NCBI RefSeq assembly: GCF_048593235.1
Contig: NC_133621.1
Location: forward strand, 92,991,148 to 93,055,147
Origin: Sminthopsis crassicaudata
Taxonomy: Eukaryota
DNA length: 64,000 bases
Direction: 5' to 3'
Shown here: positions 53,040 to 64,000 of the stretch, piece after piece
Numbering within the stretch: position 1 is the first letter of the stretch
Layout of the letters: each line of letters begins with the position of its first letter
The notes under the pieces: model-generated
Databases searched by the model: none
The model's input: only the letters and a program-made list of their open reading frames with translations
Told to the model about the DNA's origin: nothing
Program-made: the position numbers and the translations under genes

Positions 53040-53460
53040 TGATCTTTCTTGTTTTCCTTTTCATTTCTAGATTTTTTGAAAAACTTAGCTGATGCTTCTT
53101 CCTTACTTTCACAAACCTCTTGAAGTCTGGATTTTATTTTTTATTATCGCAGTGAATTTTTTTCCCCAGAAGTCACTAGTAACTTCCTAATTACTGTTTT
53201 TGGCCTTCATTTTCCTTAAAGTTTCTGCATTTTTTTTTGATGCTATTGACCACTGCCTTTTCTAATTTTGTATACTTTCTTCATTTACCTTTAGAGGCAT
53301 CATACTATTATTCTGAAAATTCTTTCCAAATTCCCTTGATGCAGATGTTCCTCTGGATCTGCTTTATCCCTCTTCTGTTCTCTTATATTCTCTCTCTGTA
53401 AGCTTGTTTACCCTGTGACTTTAACTACTATATTATTGAGATGGCTCCCATTCCATTCCA
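53040..53460 (+). mobile_element. L2 LINE fragment
   Basis: Same RT region as 51060-51410, more decayed (GAAGTCACTAGTAACTTCCTAATT...TTTGATGCTATTGACCACT). Confidence 0.65.
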
Positions 53461-53999
53461 GCCCTGATCTCTCTTATTCCCTTATAAATTTAGTGTTGGA
53501 AGGGAACTCAAAGGCCATTTAGTCCAACCACTCATCTACTGAACAGCTCTAAAAAAGACCAGCAAGGCTCTTTTTGAGTATTGCCAGCAACAGTGAGCTA
53601 ATTACTCATAGTGTAAGCAGCCCATTCCATAGCTGGACAGCTCGATTTGTTAGAAATGTATTCTTTCTGTTGAAACACTACCTGTTTTCCTTTAGCTTCC
53701 CACTCATCCATCTTAGCCCTGCCCTCTGGAACAAAAGAGAAAAGTCTTCCTGACTACAGCTCTTCAAGCACAGAAGGATGGCACTCATATTTTCTTCCTT
53801 TTGACTCTTCTCTGGGCTAAGCTTTCCTAGTTACTTTATCCATTCATTATATGACATTTCCCCAGACCATCCATCATCTTGTCTCCACTTCTCTATGTTC
53901 ACTCTAGTTTGTCTATATTCCTCTTAGTATGAAATGTGGCAACAGGAACAGAGCACAATATTTTAGACAGCATCTACTCATGGTAAGTAATGGTAAAAA

Positions 54000-54560
54000 T
54001 ATTCCTTTTTCTTCACTCACTCCATTCTCTAAAGCTTATCTTTTTAATTCATCCAAATTCAGCTTTGGCCTCAAAATGTTATAGAAACTATTTCCAAAGA
54101 TAACCAATGGCATCCTTTCCAATTCCATTCAGTGACTTTTTCTAATTATTAATTCTTCATGAATTTTCATTAGCATTGGATGATGTCAACCATACATTTT
54201 TATTTTAAAATATATTTTATTTTTTTTAGCTCTCTCTTTATATTGGGTATAATAATACTATATATAGCCTCACAATTTTTATCTCATCTCTTCTCCTAAT
54301 TTCTTCATTGTTAACTTGTCTTTCCCCCAACCCTTATGTGAGATTACTTTCAGCTGAATCCTCTGGAATCATTCTTTTTCTTTATATACATTTCCTTGGC
54401 AAGTCAATTCATTTTTATTGCTTTAATTTCTCTAATGACATTTCTCTGATGATATCAGTTCTACCACTTTCCTTATTAATTCTTCTCATAAACATCTATT
54501 TCAAAATGTTTCCACATAGCATGGATATCTCCACTACTCTTTGTGTAATCCTCATGTTCC
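54000..54560 (+). mobile_element. L2 LINE fragment
   Basis: AAACTATTTCCAAAGATAACCAATGGCATCC...CATTGGATGATGTCAACCAT, continuing into 3' L2-like sequence. Confidence 0.62.
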
Positions 54561-54984
54561 TTTTATTGGAGATTAAGATGTTTCATTACTTTCAGTCATA
54601 CAAAAACATCAGAATAATAGTGATGTTAAAAAGATAGATTTTTGTTTCAGAGATAAGTTTGATGTTTTAAAGGCAAACAACAACAACAACAACAATAACA
54701 AAAAACTCCAAAATGTGATAGTTTCCTGAAGGTAATCCAATATTTTTCAATTATAGTCATAATTTACTGTTTATCTCCTGTCAAGATATCTGTATTTATC
54801 TTCATATTCATATATGTTCATATATTTATACAAACATCTAGATACATACTTGGATGAGTTCTATAGTTTGTCTATTCTATAGTATACCATAAGTCTAAAA
54901 AATGGGCAATTATCCTCCATTTGGTTTTTTTCTTTGTGGATAGTTAGACCAAACTCCTTAAAGTGATTATGAATCTAATTTTTA

Positions 54985-55295
54985 TAATAACTTTTTATTT
55001 TTCCAAATATATGCAAAGATAGTTTTCAATATTCACCTTTGCAATTTTGCGTTTCACATTTTCTCCCTCCCTTCCTCCTCCCACTACCCTAGATAGCAAG
55101 CAATCCGGTATAGGTTAAACATGTTCATTTTTCTAAACACATTTCCATATTCATCATGCTGTCCAAGAAATATCAGAGCAAAAGAGGAAAAACATAAAGA
55201 AGAAAAAAAACAAGCAAACAAATAACTATACCAACAAATAGAGGTGAAAATACTATCCTTTGGTCCACATTCAGTCTCCATAGTTCTATCTATGA
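54985..55295 (-). mobile_element. L1 3'UTR fragment
   Basis: Homologous to 20937-21112 (GCAAAGATAGTTTTCAATATTCACCTTTGCAA). Confidence 0.8.
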
Positions 55296-56103
55296 GTCTA
55301 ACTTAAGAGGCTTTAAAATGTGCTGGTCTTTAAGACAATGAGTACAATTCTGCTTTCAAATAAAGCAATTTGAGGACCTCATCAGCTATAGGGAATATCT
55401 TGTTAAATTGAACTCTGAGGTCTGTCTCTTCCATAATGATAATGAGCAGATTTTGGCTTCTTTTATGTTTCATTTAATACTTTTTTGTTGAGGGTCATTG
55501 ATCAAGGACATTTCTATTGCTATATGTTTCAAGAAATATTGCATTATTTTGGCATAGGTTCATCACAGTTATGTAAGACTGAAAACTATGGGATAGTCAC
55601 ATGTCACACGTCAGAATAACACATGAGCTTTACTGGTTGCCTTGTGATGCCAAGAGAAATCTAGCGCATCACCCTCTGTGTGAACTGAGGTAAGAATATA
55701 GGCAAGAAACAAAAAGAATAAGCAGATATAGATAAATTTCAACCTGTATAAGTAGAGGTAATAGCTATACAGATAACATTCGTTTGAATATTTGGACTTT
55801 ATTATTTTAGTTCCCCAAACAACCCCAAATCCAAATAATTTTAATTGTTTCTTTTAACTTTAGTCAATTTCAAGTTCCATTTATCCTTCAAGTACTATAT
55901 AAAAGACTAGCCATTATTAAATATAATATTCCAAATGGGAACATATTCTAAATGTAAATCATTTAATTTACTGATGATAATTTATATTGTGTTGTATTCT
56001 TAGTACTTTATGGTATATAAACTTTGCCCAGAAGAATAGAGAAACTAGAATAAAATATTTGTATTTTAAAATTTAGCTTATAGGAAATTTCTTTTTCTGA
56101 AGG

Positions 56104-56226
56104 ATTTTTTTTTGCCAAGGCAATTGGGGTTAAGTGACTTGCCTAGGGTCACATAGCTAGGAAGAGTTAAATGTCTGAGGCTAGATTTGAACTCAGGTTT
56201 TCCTGATTTCAGGGCTGGTGCTATCT
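56104..56226 (-). mobile_element. WSINE1-like SINE (5'-truncated)
   Basis: T tail then GGCAATTGGGGTTAAGTGACTTGCCTAGGGTCACATAGCTAGGAAG. Confidence 0.88.
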
Positions 56227-56274
56227 AGAAGCCCTTAAAGGATGTTTTAAAAAATATTTCATACTATCTAACTG

Positions 56275-56360
56275 TGATGGTAATGGAGGAGGGGGTTGGT
56301 CATGTGCCTATACTATATAACATACTAGGATCTACCTCTCTGTATAGGCACATGACCAAC
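56275..56360. repeat. Interleaved inverted repeats (19 bp and 12 bp) plus an 11-bp direct repeat
   Basis: 56275-56293 pairs with 56322-56340; 56297-56308 pairs with 56349-56360; ACTAGGATCTA at 56304 and 56341. Confidence 0.93.
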
Positions 56361-59300
56361 ACTAGGATCTAGTATGTTATTTGTAGACACCGTAAAAGAA
56401 GTAAGAATATTCTGTACAGAACCTTCTGTCATGCTCTGGACATCAGGATGAGATGAAGAAGAAAACTGTGAGATGTCACAGTCCTGGGAGAATTAAGAAC
56501 TATGTTTTGTGACAATCCTGCCACTTGCCTCATTTATTGTATGTTATTACTACACTTACTGGTTTATTTGCCATTTTATATTTTATTACACATATATTTT
56601 GAAGAGAAAAAAATCAAGGAGAAATTTTCATCTATAACCACCGCCTATTTTTATTATTTTGTCTGTTCTAAAACAGCAATAGGTGCTGCTAACAATTTTC
56701 ACATTTTTAAATCTGAAGAGGCTTTGTTCTTCTCAACACAGAAGATTAAAGAAAAAAGCAGCCAATACTCTGGCAATGATTTTTCATGGGGAGGTGAAAA
56801 AACAAATATTCAGTCTTCTATTAAGAAGACTCTCTTCTTCCCTGTATGGAGGAGTACTGAGCACTTTCTTGTTTTTTTCTCCCACTTGTATAGTCATCTC
56901 ACTTTTGATATGGACCAAAGGTGTTAAGCTTGAAATTGAAAAGGAAAGGAATCTTAAAGTTAAATATTCTCTTTTGAATATTTTGCAAACTATATCTTTC
57001 TCTTTAAAGTTTAAAAGATTCTTTAAGCTTTGGGTCAGAGTGTAACACATTGGGCATGTGAAGAATTAGTGAATGGAGGGAAATAAATTAGGGAAGCTAA
57101 ATCCTAATTATCTTTATTACTGAGTGTTCTATTACTATGGTCTCTAGAAAATTCAGAGACTCATCAATTAATAAAAAATTGTTGAAAGTGGCCACAGACT
57201 AGAACTCTATACTTACAAAACAGTCTTTCTGCAAGCTTCAGACAACAAAAGTTGGGAATGGGGGTGTGTGTGAAGATAAGGGGAATAAAGTAGTAAAACA
57301 ATTATTGACCCAAATTACTTCAAGTTGAGAAAGCAAAGGGAATCATTTTTGCTTTCTAACAGCCATCATTCCTGTTGTCAGTAGTATCTTCCCAAAGGTG
57401 TCATGCCATAAAGCTATCATCCTTTTCATAATTTAATATTGAGGGATAAAAATTGTGGAATGGAGTTTTGTGTGTGAAAATTAAAGACACTTTACCAGTG
57501 TAACTAGTTCAGGCAAATACAACCATCTGTTACATTTGGAGCAATCACTTTCCATCTGTTATATGATTTTGAACAACCAAATAAAGGAAATACTGATAGA
57601 ATATAGACCAAGTCTAAGAAGAGAGGTGTAGGGGGGAAAGAGGGAGTGGAATGGATGAGATAGGGGAATATTTACTTTATAAAAAGATCAAATGCTTGCC
57701 CAATGGTTTTTTTCTCTCTACTCATGACCTTCAATTTAAAAGATCTGCTGTCTGTTAAGCTAGACCGGTTCTATGTCAAATGAAATTCAGTTTTATGAAC
57801 TGAGATGCCTATAAAAGATGTTAATCAACATCAGTCAAAAGTTTGAATCTGTCAGTAGCTGCCTTCTCTCCTCTCCACCTTTAAATACTTAACTTTTCCT
57901 TCCTTCATGTAATTTACTCTTTGAAGTGTATGTTGCATTTATTACTTCAGTCTGCTTTGAGCACTGGGACTATGAGACTAGGTCCTATTGCGATAATCAC
58001 AGATATAAGCTGGGTGACATGTTTTACTTGAGTTACAGCACTTAGCAGCTATATTCCTTTTCTTAGACAGTTTTTAATTCCAAATAAACTCAAGAATTCG
58101 AATAGTATGCATTTTACTAACATGTATACTACTAATTGGAAGACATCACTTTTCATAGGAAAGGAGCTTTATTTGCGATATCTCTATCCCATTCCTCAGC
58201 AAACAGTAAGCTTTGTTTTATCCTGAATTTAAGATAGTGCTCAAAACATAACAGTGAGAGGAGAAAAACATGGCTCCTAAATCTGTGTCAATTTTTGTTT
58301 TGAAAAGGTATTGGTATCCAGACAGTAAAGATGTTTGCTGATATGCTGGTTCTCTGTCACATCAAAGGCAACTAGCATGGGACAAACAGGGCTATTCCTC
58401 AGTGGGCCCATATCCAAAGGAGTGTGATTTCTTTCTGTGACAAACACAAACTATACTTTACCTCATGGTCCTTACTTAGCCAGCCCTTAGTGCCATGTAG
58501 AATATAACTACACTCCATGACCCAAGTCCCTAGGATTCTGTTTCAATGGTAGCACTTTCCTAGAACTTGAAGCTTTTCTCAGACATTGTGAAGGTGAGGG
58601 CTAGTTTTGGGAAGTAGGCTACCTTCTCTCTTGTCATAACTATACTCACATATGTTCTGCGATTGCCTTGATCTCTACTAGACTAGCTGTGTTTCTCATC
58701 CCTTCACCAGCTTATCTTTTGTCCCCTCCCAGCAGACTACACTTTTCCAATGCCATTCCACTCTTCCCCAAAGGACTGCCCATTGGACCCCCTGTCATAC
58801 CCTCCATCCTATCCTGAATCATTTGCTGGTTCTTTATGCCTTGGCTTTCCTATCTTTTCAGTTTTTTTATGCCTTCCTTCCTTGCTATCTTCTATTCTCT
58901 AGCTATATTGGTTTTCTATAGTCGAGAACTTATTATTCTTTCTCACATTCCTTCCTTTATACTTGCTGAGCCCCATATTTAAAAACTCTTCCTCCTGGCT
59001 CACCTCGAAATTTTCCTGATTTCCTCTAAGGCTCAGCTCAGAATCCATCTTCTGTAGGAGATCTTTCCCAGTCCCTCAGCTCCTAATACTTTCCCTTTTC
59101 TACTCCATACATAATATTATTTGAAAATTTGTTATTTATATTAGTTTTTTTTCATTATAATATACATTCCTTGGGATTAAGGACCATACTTTTTGCTTTT
59201 CTTTGCATTTCTATCACTTAGCACAGTACCTAGTGTATAATGAGCACTTAAAACAATTGTCAACTGACTGACAAGTGAAAAAATCCTTATTACAGCTCTG

Positions 59301-59680
59301 ACAGTCAAGACTAGCTCATGATGCCTTTTCCTTTTGTTTAATTCCATGATATTTTCTCTTTCTGGGTTTTTTATGTTTCAGGGCTGTTAAAAGAAATATC
59401 AACCTTGCTGCTGAAGTAAGCACCTAATAAATACTGCTTGATTTAAATTGAACTGAAAATCTTTTCTTGATTAAAAAGTCCATCATATTTGATCCTGTTG
59501 TTTGGGAATAGAGAATTGTGCTCATGTCATGGTGGAATCTGGCTCCTCTACTCTGTGTAATAGAGACAGAGAGAAGACAGCAAGGAAGCAAGAATGTCAC
59601 TTAACAATTTAACTATTTAAAATTATCATGCACTTTAGTATAAAGGCTAATGTGGGATTAGAGCATCATAGAGCTAGACC

Positions 59681-59905
59681 AGGGCAGCTAGATGGCACAG
59701 AGGATAGAGTGCCAGGCTCGGAATCAGAAAGACTCCTTTTTTTGAATTTTTTAGCCTTAGACATTTTTTAGTTTCATGACCCTATTTGCCTTAATTTCCT
59801 TATCTGTAAAGTGAATTGGAATGGCAAGCTATTCTAGTATCTTTGCCAGGAAAACCCCAAATAGGATCAAAGAGTAGGACATAACTGATATGACTCTACA
59901 ACAAT
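59681..59905 (+). mobile_element. MAR1-like CORE-SINE
   Basis: AGGGCAGCTAGATGGCACAG head; CTAGTATCTTTGCCAGGAAAACCCCAAA tail. Confidence 0.85.
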
Positions 59906-61629
59906 GAAAAGATCTAAAGAATAAAATCTAAGGTCATTTTGCCTGACTTTGTTTTATAAATTATGACGATGAGACCCAAACAGGTTAGATGGCTTGTCCA
60001 ATATCATTCAGGCTGTATGTGATACAGCCAAATTGGAATCCAGCTTGTCTGGCTCTAGTTCAGTACTCTTTTTTTTTTTTTTTTTTTTACATGTTCAAGA
60101 TGTCTTTCTGGGCTTATAAGCAAGAAATATTATCTGGTAGAATTTATAGAACAGAGCAGAATAAAAAGAAACTCATTGTTCTTAACTGGTTCTATAAATA
60201 ATGAAGGCCCCTAAAAATACATACACACATTGATCATATATACATATATAGATGAGCAAGCCCCAGAGCACAGTTCTACATAAAATAAGGGCCTCGATTC
60301 TGTTTTGAGTGATGAGTATGACATAAAAGACTGAAATGAGAGCCCTAATTATAGTCATCGGCGAACAATTGGTTTAATGAGTCTAGAGAGATAATGTGGT
60401 GTAGTAGGTGCCATCAGCATGCAGGATAAAAAGAAGATAATGGGGTTGTCTATTTCATGCACCTGTGGAATGCATTATTTAAAAACTGATCCCTACTCAT
60501 TTCAAAATGAGAGCTTAAACATTGGCCTAGTCATAAAAAAATGATAGAGGAGGAATAATAGAACTGCTCCTCATCTTTAGAAAACTGATCTAGTTTTGAG
60601 GTTCTTCTCCATGGAGATCAAAATAAAATAATTTTTTTAATTACAAAAAAGCAACAGAGGTATTAGAGATTAATTTTCTGTCTCAAAAGCAATTTGGGAA
60701 ACATTTCAGATTTGGGTTATGGCCTTAGACTTTGCATATTAAACAGTTTCATCAACTGGGCTTATTTTGTAACTCATTCTCTAACAGTAACAGATGGCTA
60801 GATCCTTGTTTTCTAAAAGATGAAAATTTTATGTGAAAGTTTTTTTTATTTTTAGAAGATATTCTTATGTTTGACATAAGATCATCTTTTATGATTCTTT
60901 TCAAATTCTTCATTTTTAAGCTTAAACTTCCAGCTGTTAACTCCCTGTAAGTAATTAAAACTAGCCTTCCTAAGGAAATGGGATTATCACATTATGCCTT
61001 CATTAAAATAAGACCTGGAGTGACGTGATGCTCCAAAATGACATCAACTGACAATTTGGCGAGTAAAGAAATATAATTACATACTGCATATACTAATGAT
61101 AATTGCTGATGATTGCAATTTGTATTGCAAATGTTCATTTATTTCACCTTCTGGATTTTAGCTATTAGTGAGGTTGTCATCAAAAATATATGACATGGTT
61201 TGTTATCATCGGCATGGAATATCATTAAAAGGAACAGCTATCATGTCAGTGAAAGAGAAGGGGGTTCTTTATAAGCAAATGTTAATAATGGTAACACCAT
61301 GAGTGGGGTAAGGAGAGAGATAGAGAGAATTCTTCCTTTATCATGGCACTTGACAATTGTAGGTATGAGAGGCCTTTTGAAAATAAACAAAAATATCCAT
61401 ACAAACACAGTAAGTGTTTTTTAAGAGAGGAAAGGAAAAATAAATTCTCCCAAAGTGGCTTTAAATAGCTTAGAAAAGAAAATAAAAATTGCCAAATAAT
61501 TGTGGTAAAAGTGCCAAGTAATTGTGGTGTCAAGTAATAGTAGTAAATTTTTGCTCCTATAAAAGTTTATCAAGAGCAATTGCTATTTTGCTTTTTGTAT
61601 TCCTTAAGTAGTAATATTTTTCAAATTTA

Positions 61630-61860
61630 TTGGTCTTAAAGATCCTTTCCAGTTTTTGAATAATTGAGGAACTCTCCGTTCCTAAGAGTTTTTGTTTATG
61701 TGAGTTATATCTATCAATATTTACTATGTTTATTTTAATTCACTAAACTTTTATTAAGTACCTTCTATGTGTTAGAAATTAAAATGTCATGATAAAAGTT
61801 TACGAAGAATTTTGATCTTGCAGGCGCCTTAAAAATTCTCAGGGACTCTTTCAAGAACAA
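61630..61860. mobile_element. hAT Charlie1/MER33-like remnant
   Basis: AATAATTGAGGA..AAGAGTTTTGTTTATGTGAGTTATATCTATCAATATTTACT matches a recalled Charlie1-family segment. Confidence 0.65.
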
Positions 61861-62404
61861 CAGCTTTGGTGTCCCACAAAGGCTTGGCACATAGTAGGCA
61901 ATTAAAAATCATCTTCTGGTTTTTGCTATTGTAGGGGTTATTTGACTTTTGTAATGGTGTTCACTATTCTTGACATTTCTTCCATCTCCCTCTTCATCTG
62001 CTGGATTTCTACTCTTCTTTCAGAGTTCAACTAAAATGTCATTTTTAAACTTTTTCTATTCTCCTTTGCCATAAATAACTTTTGACTCTTGGAACTCACT
62101 GTGTTATACTGCCCTTATACTTATGTGCTATACATCTAGTAGACTGTGGGTTCTATTAAGATAAGAATCACATTATTCAAATCTCTTACCTTCCATAGAA
62201 CATCAGTCTGTATCCAGCAAATATTTGATAATTTTTTTTATTGAATTGATTTAGCTCAAAATTAGGGAAAAAGAATTTACTAGGACTTCCCAATAAACCT
62301 CTCAACAGATGATTTATGAATATGTTGCTGAAAGTGTTTTAGTGCTTCTTAAATCTCAAAGCTTCTACTAGTACACTTCTCAAACAGGTTGTCAACATGT
62401 TAGG

Positions 62405-62600
62405 TTACACAATCAGGACCCAAAAAGATTCCAATAGGATAGAAATAATTTTTAAAAGCTGTTAGGAATAAATGTTAAAATCTACATCTGGTTATAAAAA
62501 GTAAACTGTACAACTATAGCATGGGGAGGGAAGATTTATGACTGGACAATAAATAATTCCTGTTTAAAAAAAAAGACCCAGGAGTTTTCATGGATGATAA
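62405..62600 (+). mobile_element. CR1/L3 fragment
   Basis: AATAAATGTTAAAATCTACATCTGG..AAAAAGTAAACTGTACAACTATAG..AAAAAGACCCAGGAGTTTT resembles CR1 'KCKVLHLG..N...Y...EKDLGV'. Confidence 0.6.
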
Positions 62601-64000
62601 TTTCAATGGAGGCAGAATGGTTTTATGGAGGTATTTAAAGAGATATTATATGATCACTTGCAAATGGGTTGTAGAAAAGGTTGGGTATCAATTGGACCAG
62701 ATGACATCTGAGATGCAAATCTTTTCTGCCTCTGACATTTTAGGAATGGATTTAAAATCTAATCTAGACAAATTAAACATTTGGGGAAGGTGGTGAGGAA
62801 GACAATACAGTTAGGTGACTTGCTTAGGGTTACATAGGCTAATAAGTATCTGAGGTAAAATTTGACTTTAGGGTCAGGGCTCCATCTACTGTGTCACCTA
62901 GTTGCTTCTGAACATTCATTAAGAAAAAATCACTTTCATGAAGATTTTCTGTTGCAGAGGACAAAGGAGGTAGAAAATAGCAAAGAATCTCAAAAAAAAA
63001 CCTCCAAAATAAAATCAATAAATACTAATACTCAATGACTTCAGTGAAAAGTTAAGGAACTATTTTGGAAATGTGGCTTAGGAGTAAGAAATAAAAGAAC
63101 CCAGAAACATGCAGTCTACATAATAGTCTATCTATAAGAAAAGTCAATTCTGCTATCACACATTTCAAAAATGCAAATTTGTTCCAATTATGACTGACAT
63201 ATTAAGGAACATTTTGAGCATGATATTAATTTCAAGTTTTCTTTTATGTGATTTCTTTCCTGAGAAAAAAGCAATAATGTTGAAAACTATACCACTTTGC
63301 AATAACTTTTGGCTGTAAGAATTCTGACATTGCCACCCTTCTAATGGCTACTTCCATAAGCAAAATTTAGTTCTTTGTCAAGATAAAGTGCTTTATTTAT
63401 TGAATGTCTTCCAGGAACTTTGAGCAGAGAAGGACTAGTTCACACTACCCCACTTTCACCTACCAGGAGTTTCTCCTACCCAACTTGTTCCTACAGGTAG
63501 ATGAAGGCTCAGTAACAGCCCAAGACCATAGACAAAGTCACTAAATATTCTACTATTTATGTATTTCTTAAAAACCTAATGAGCAAAACTGTGCTACTAT
63601 TTTTATTAAGTTCCTAATTTTTTATATGTAATTTTAAGTTTTTTTTTAGCTTTGTGTTTCTATTCCCATTTGTTTCACAAGTTCTGTCTTTTTTATGGTG
63701 GAATTTTACTTAGCATGGATATAAGTAAACAGAATTGACATGTATCTTTCTTGAAGGAAGAGTTGGGAAGAGTGAACATGTGAGTTCCAAATGACATAAC
63801 AACAACACAGATACTATATAATTTAACAGATAACAAAGGAGTAGTCATCAATGGATCCATTTCTTGTTAGCTATCATTATATAATCAGGCCATTAACTTA
63901 TGAGAGAAAAAAATCAAAATAAGTATATAACTAGAAGAATTAAAACAAGATACATAGAATATGGTGGTATCTCTAATCTGACCTAATTAAATGAACTCTT

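Noticed and set aside
63415-63496. Possible 82-nt exon (CTTCCAG|GAAC...CTACAG|GTAGAT)
   Set aside because: Weak donor, the 3' end could equally be an acceptor, and no recognisable peptide; cannot be supported without RNA data.

Overview
AT-rich, CpG-depleted vertebrate non-coding DNA from a draft assembly with two N gaps. The short CORE-SINEs (WSINE1-like), MAR1-like SINEs, RTE/BovB, L1, L2, CR1/L3 and hAT fossils indicate an Australian marsupial, probably a dasyurid such as the Tasmanian devil (inference). No protein-coding exon can be supported with confidence; the supplied ORFs are microsatellite-, gap- or TE-derived. A CpG-retaining TATA/(CA)n(CAG)n/splice-donor island at about 8.76-9.14 kb looks like the promoter and 5' exon(s) of an unidentified + strand gene, which would make most of the window a long intron. 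The standout object is at 17329-18273: two retroviral LTRs joined head-to-head through a single shared tRNA-Lys primer-binding site. It has U3 'TG' ends on both outsides, a perfect 6-bp target-site duplication and no internal sequence. The U3 arms are about 99% identical over 250 bp while the R/U5 halves are clearly different relatives. This fits an integrated dimer of two plus-strand strong-stop DNAs annealed through the quasi-palindromic PBS. Repeat family names are from recalled consensus sequences, not a database search.
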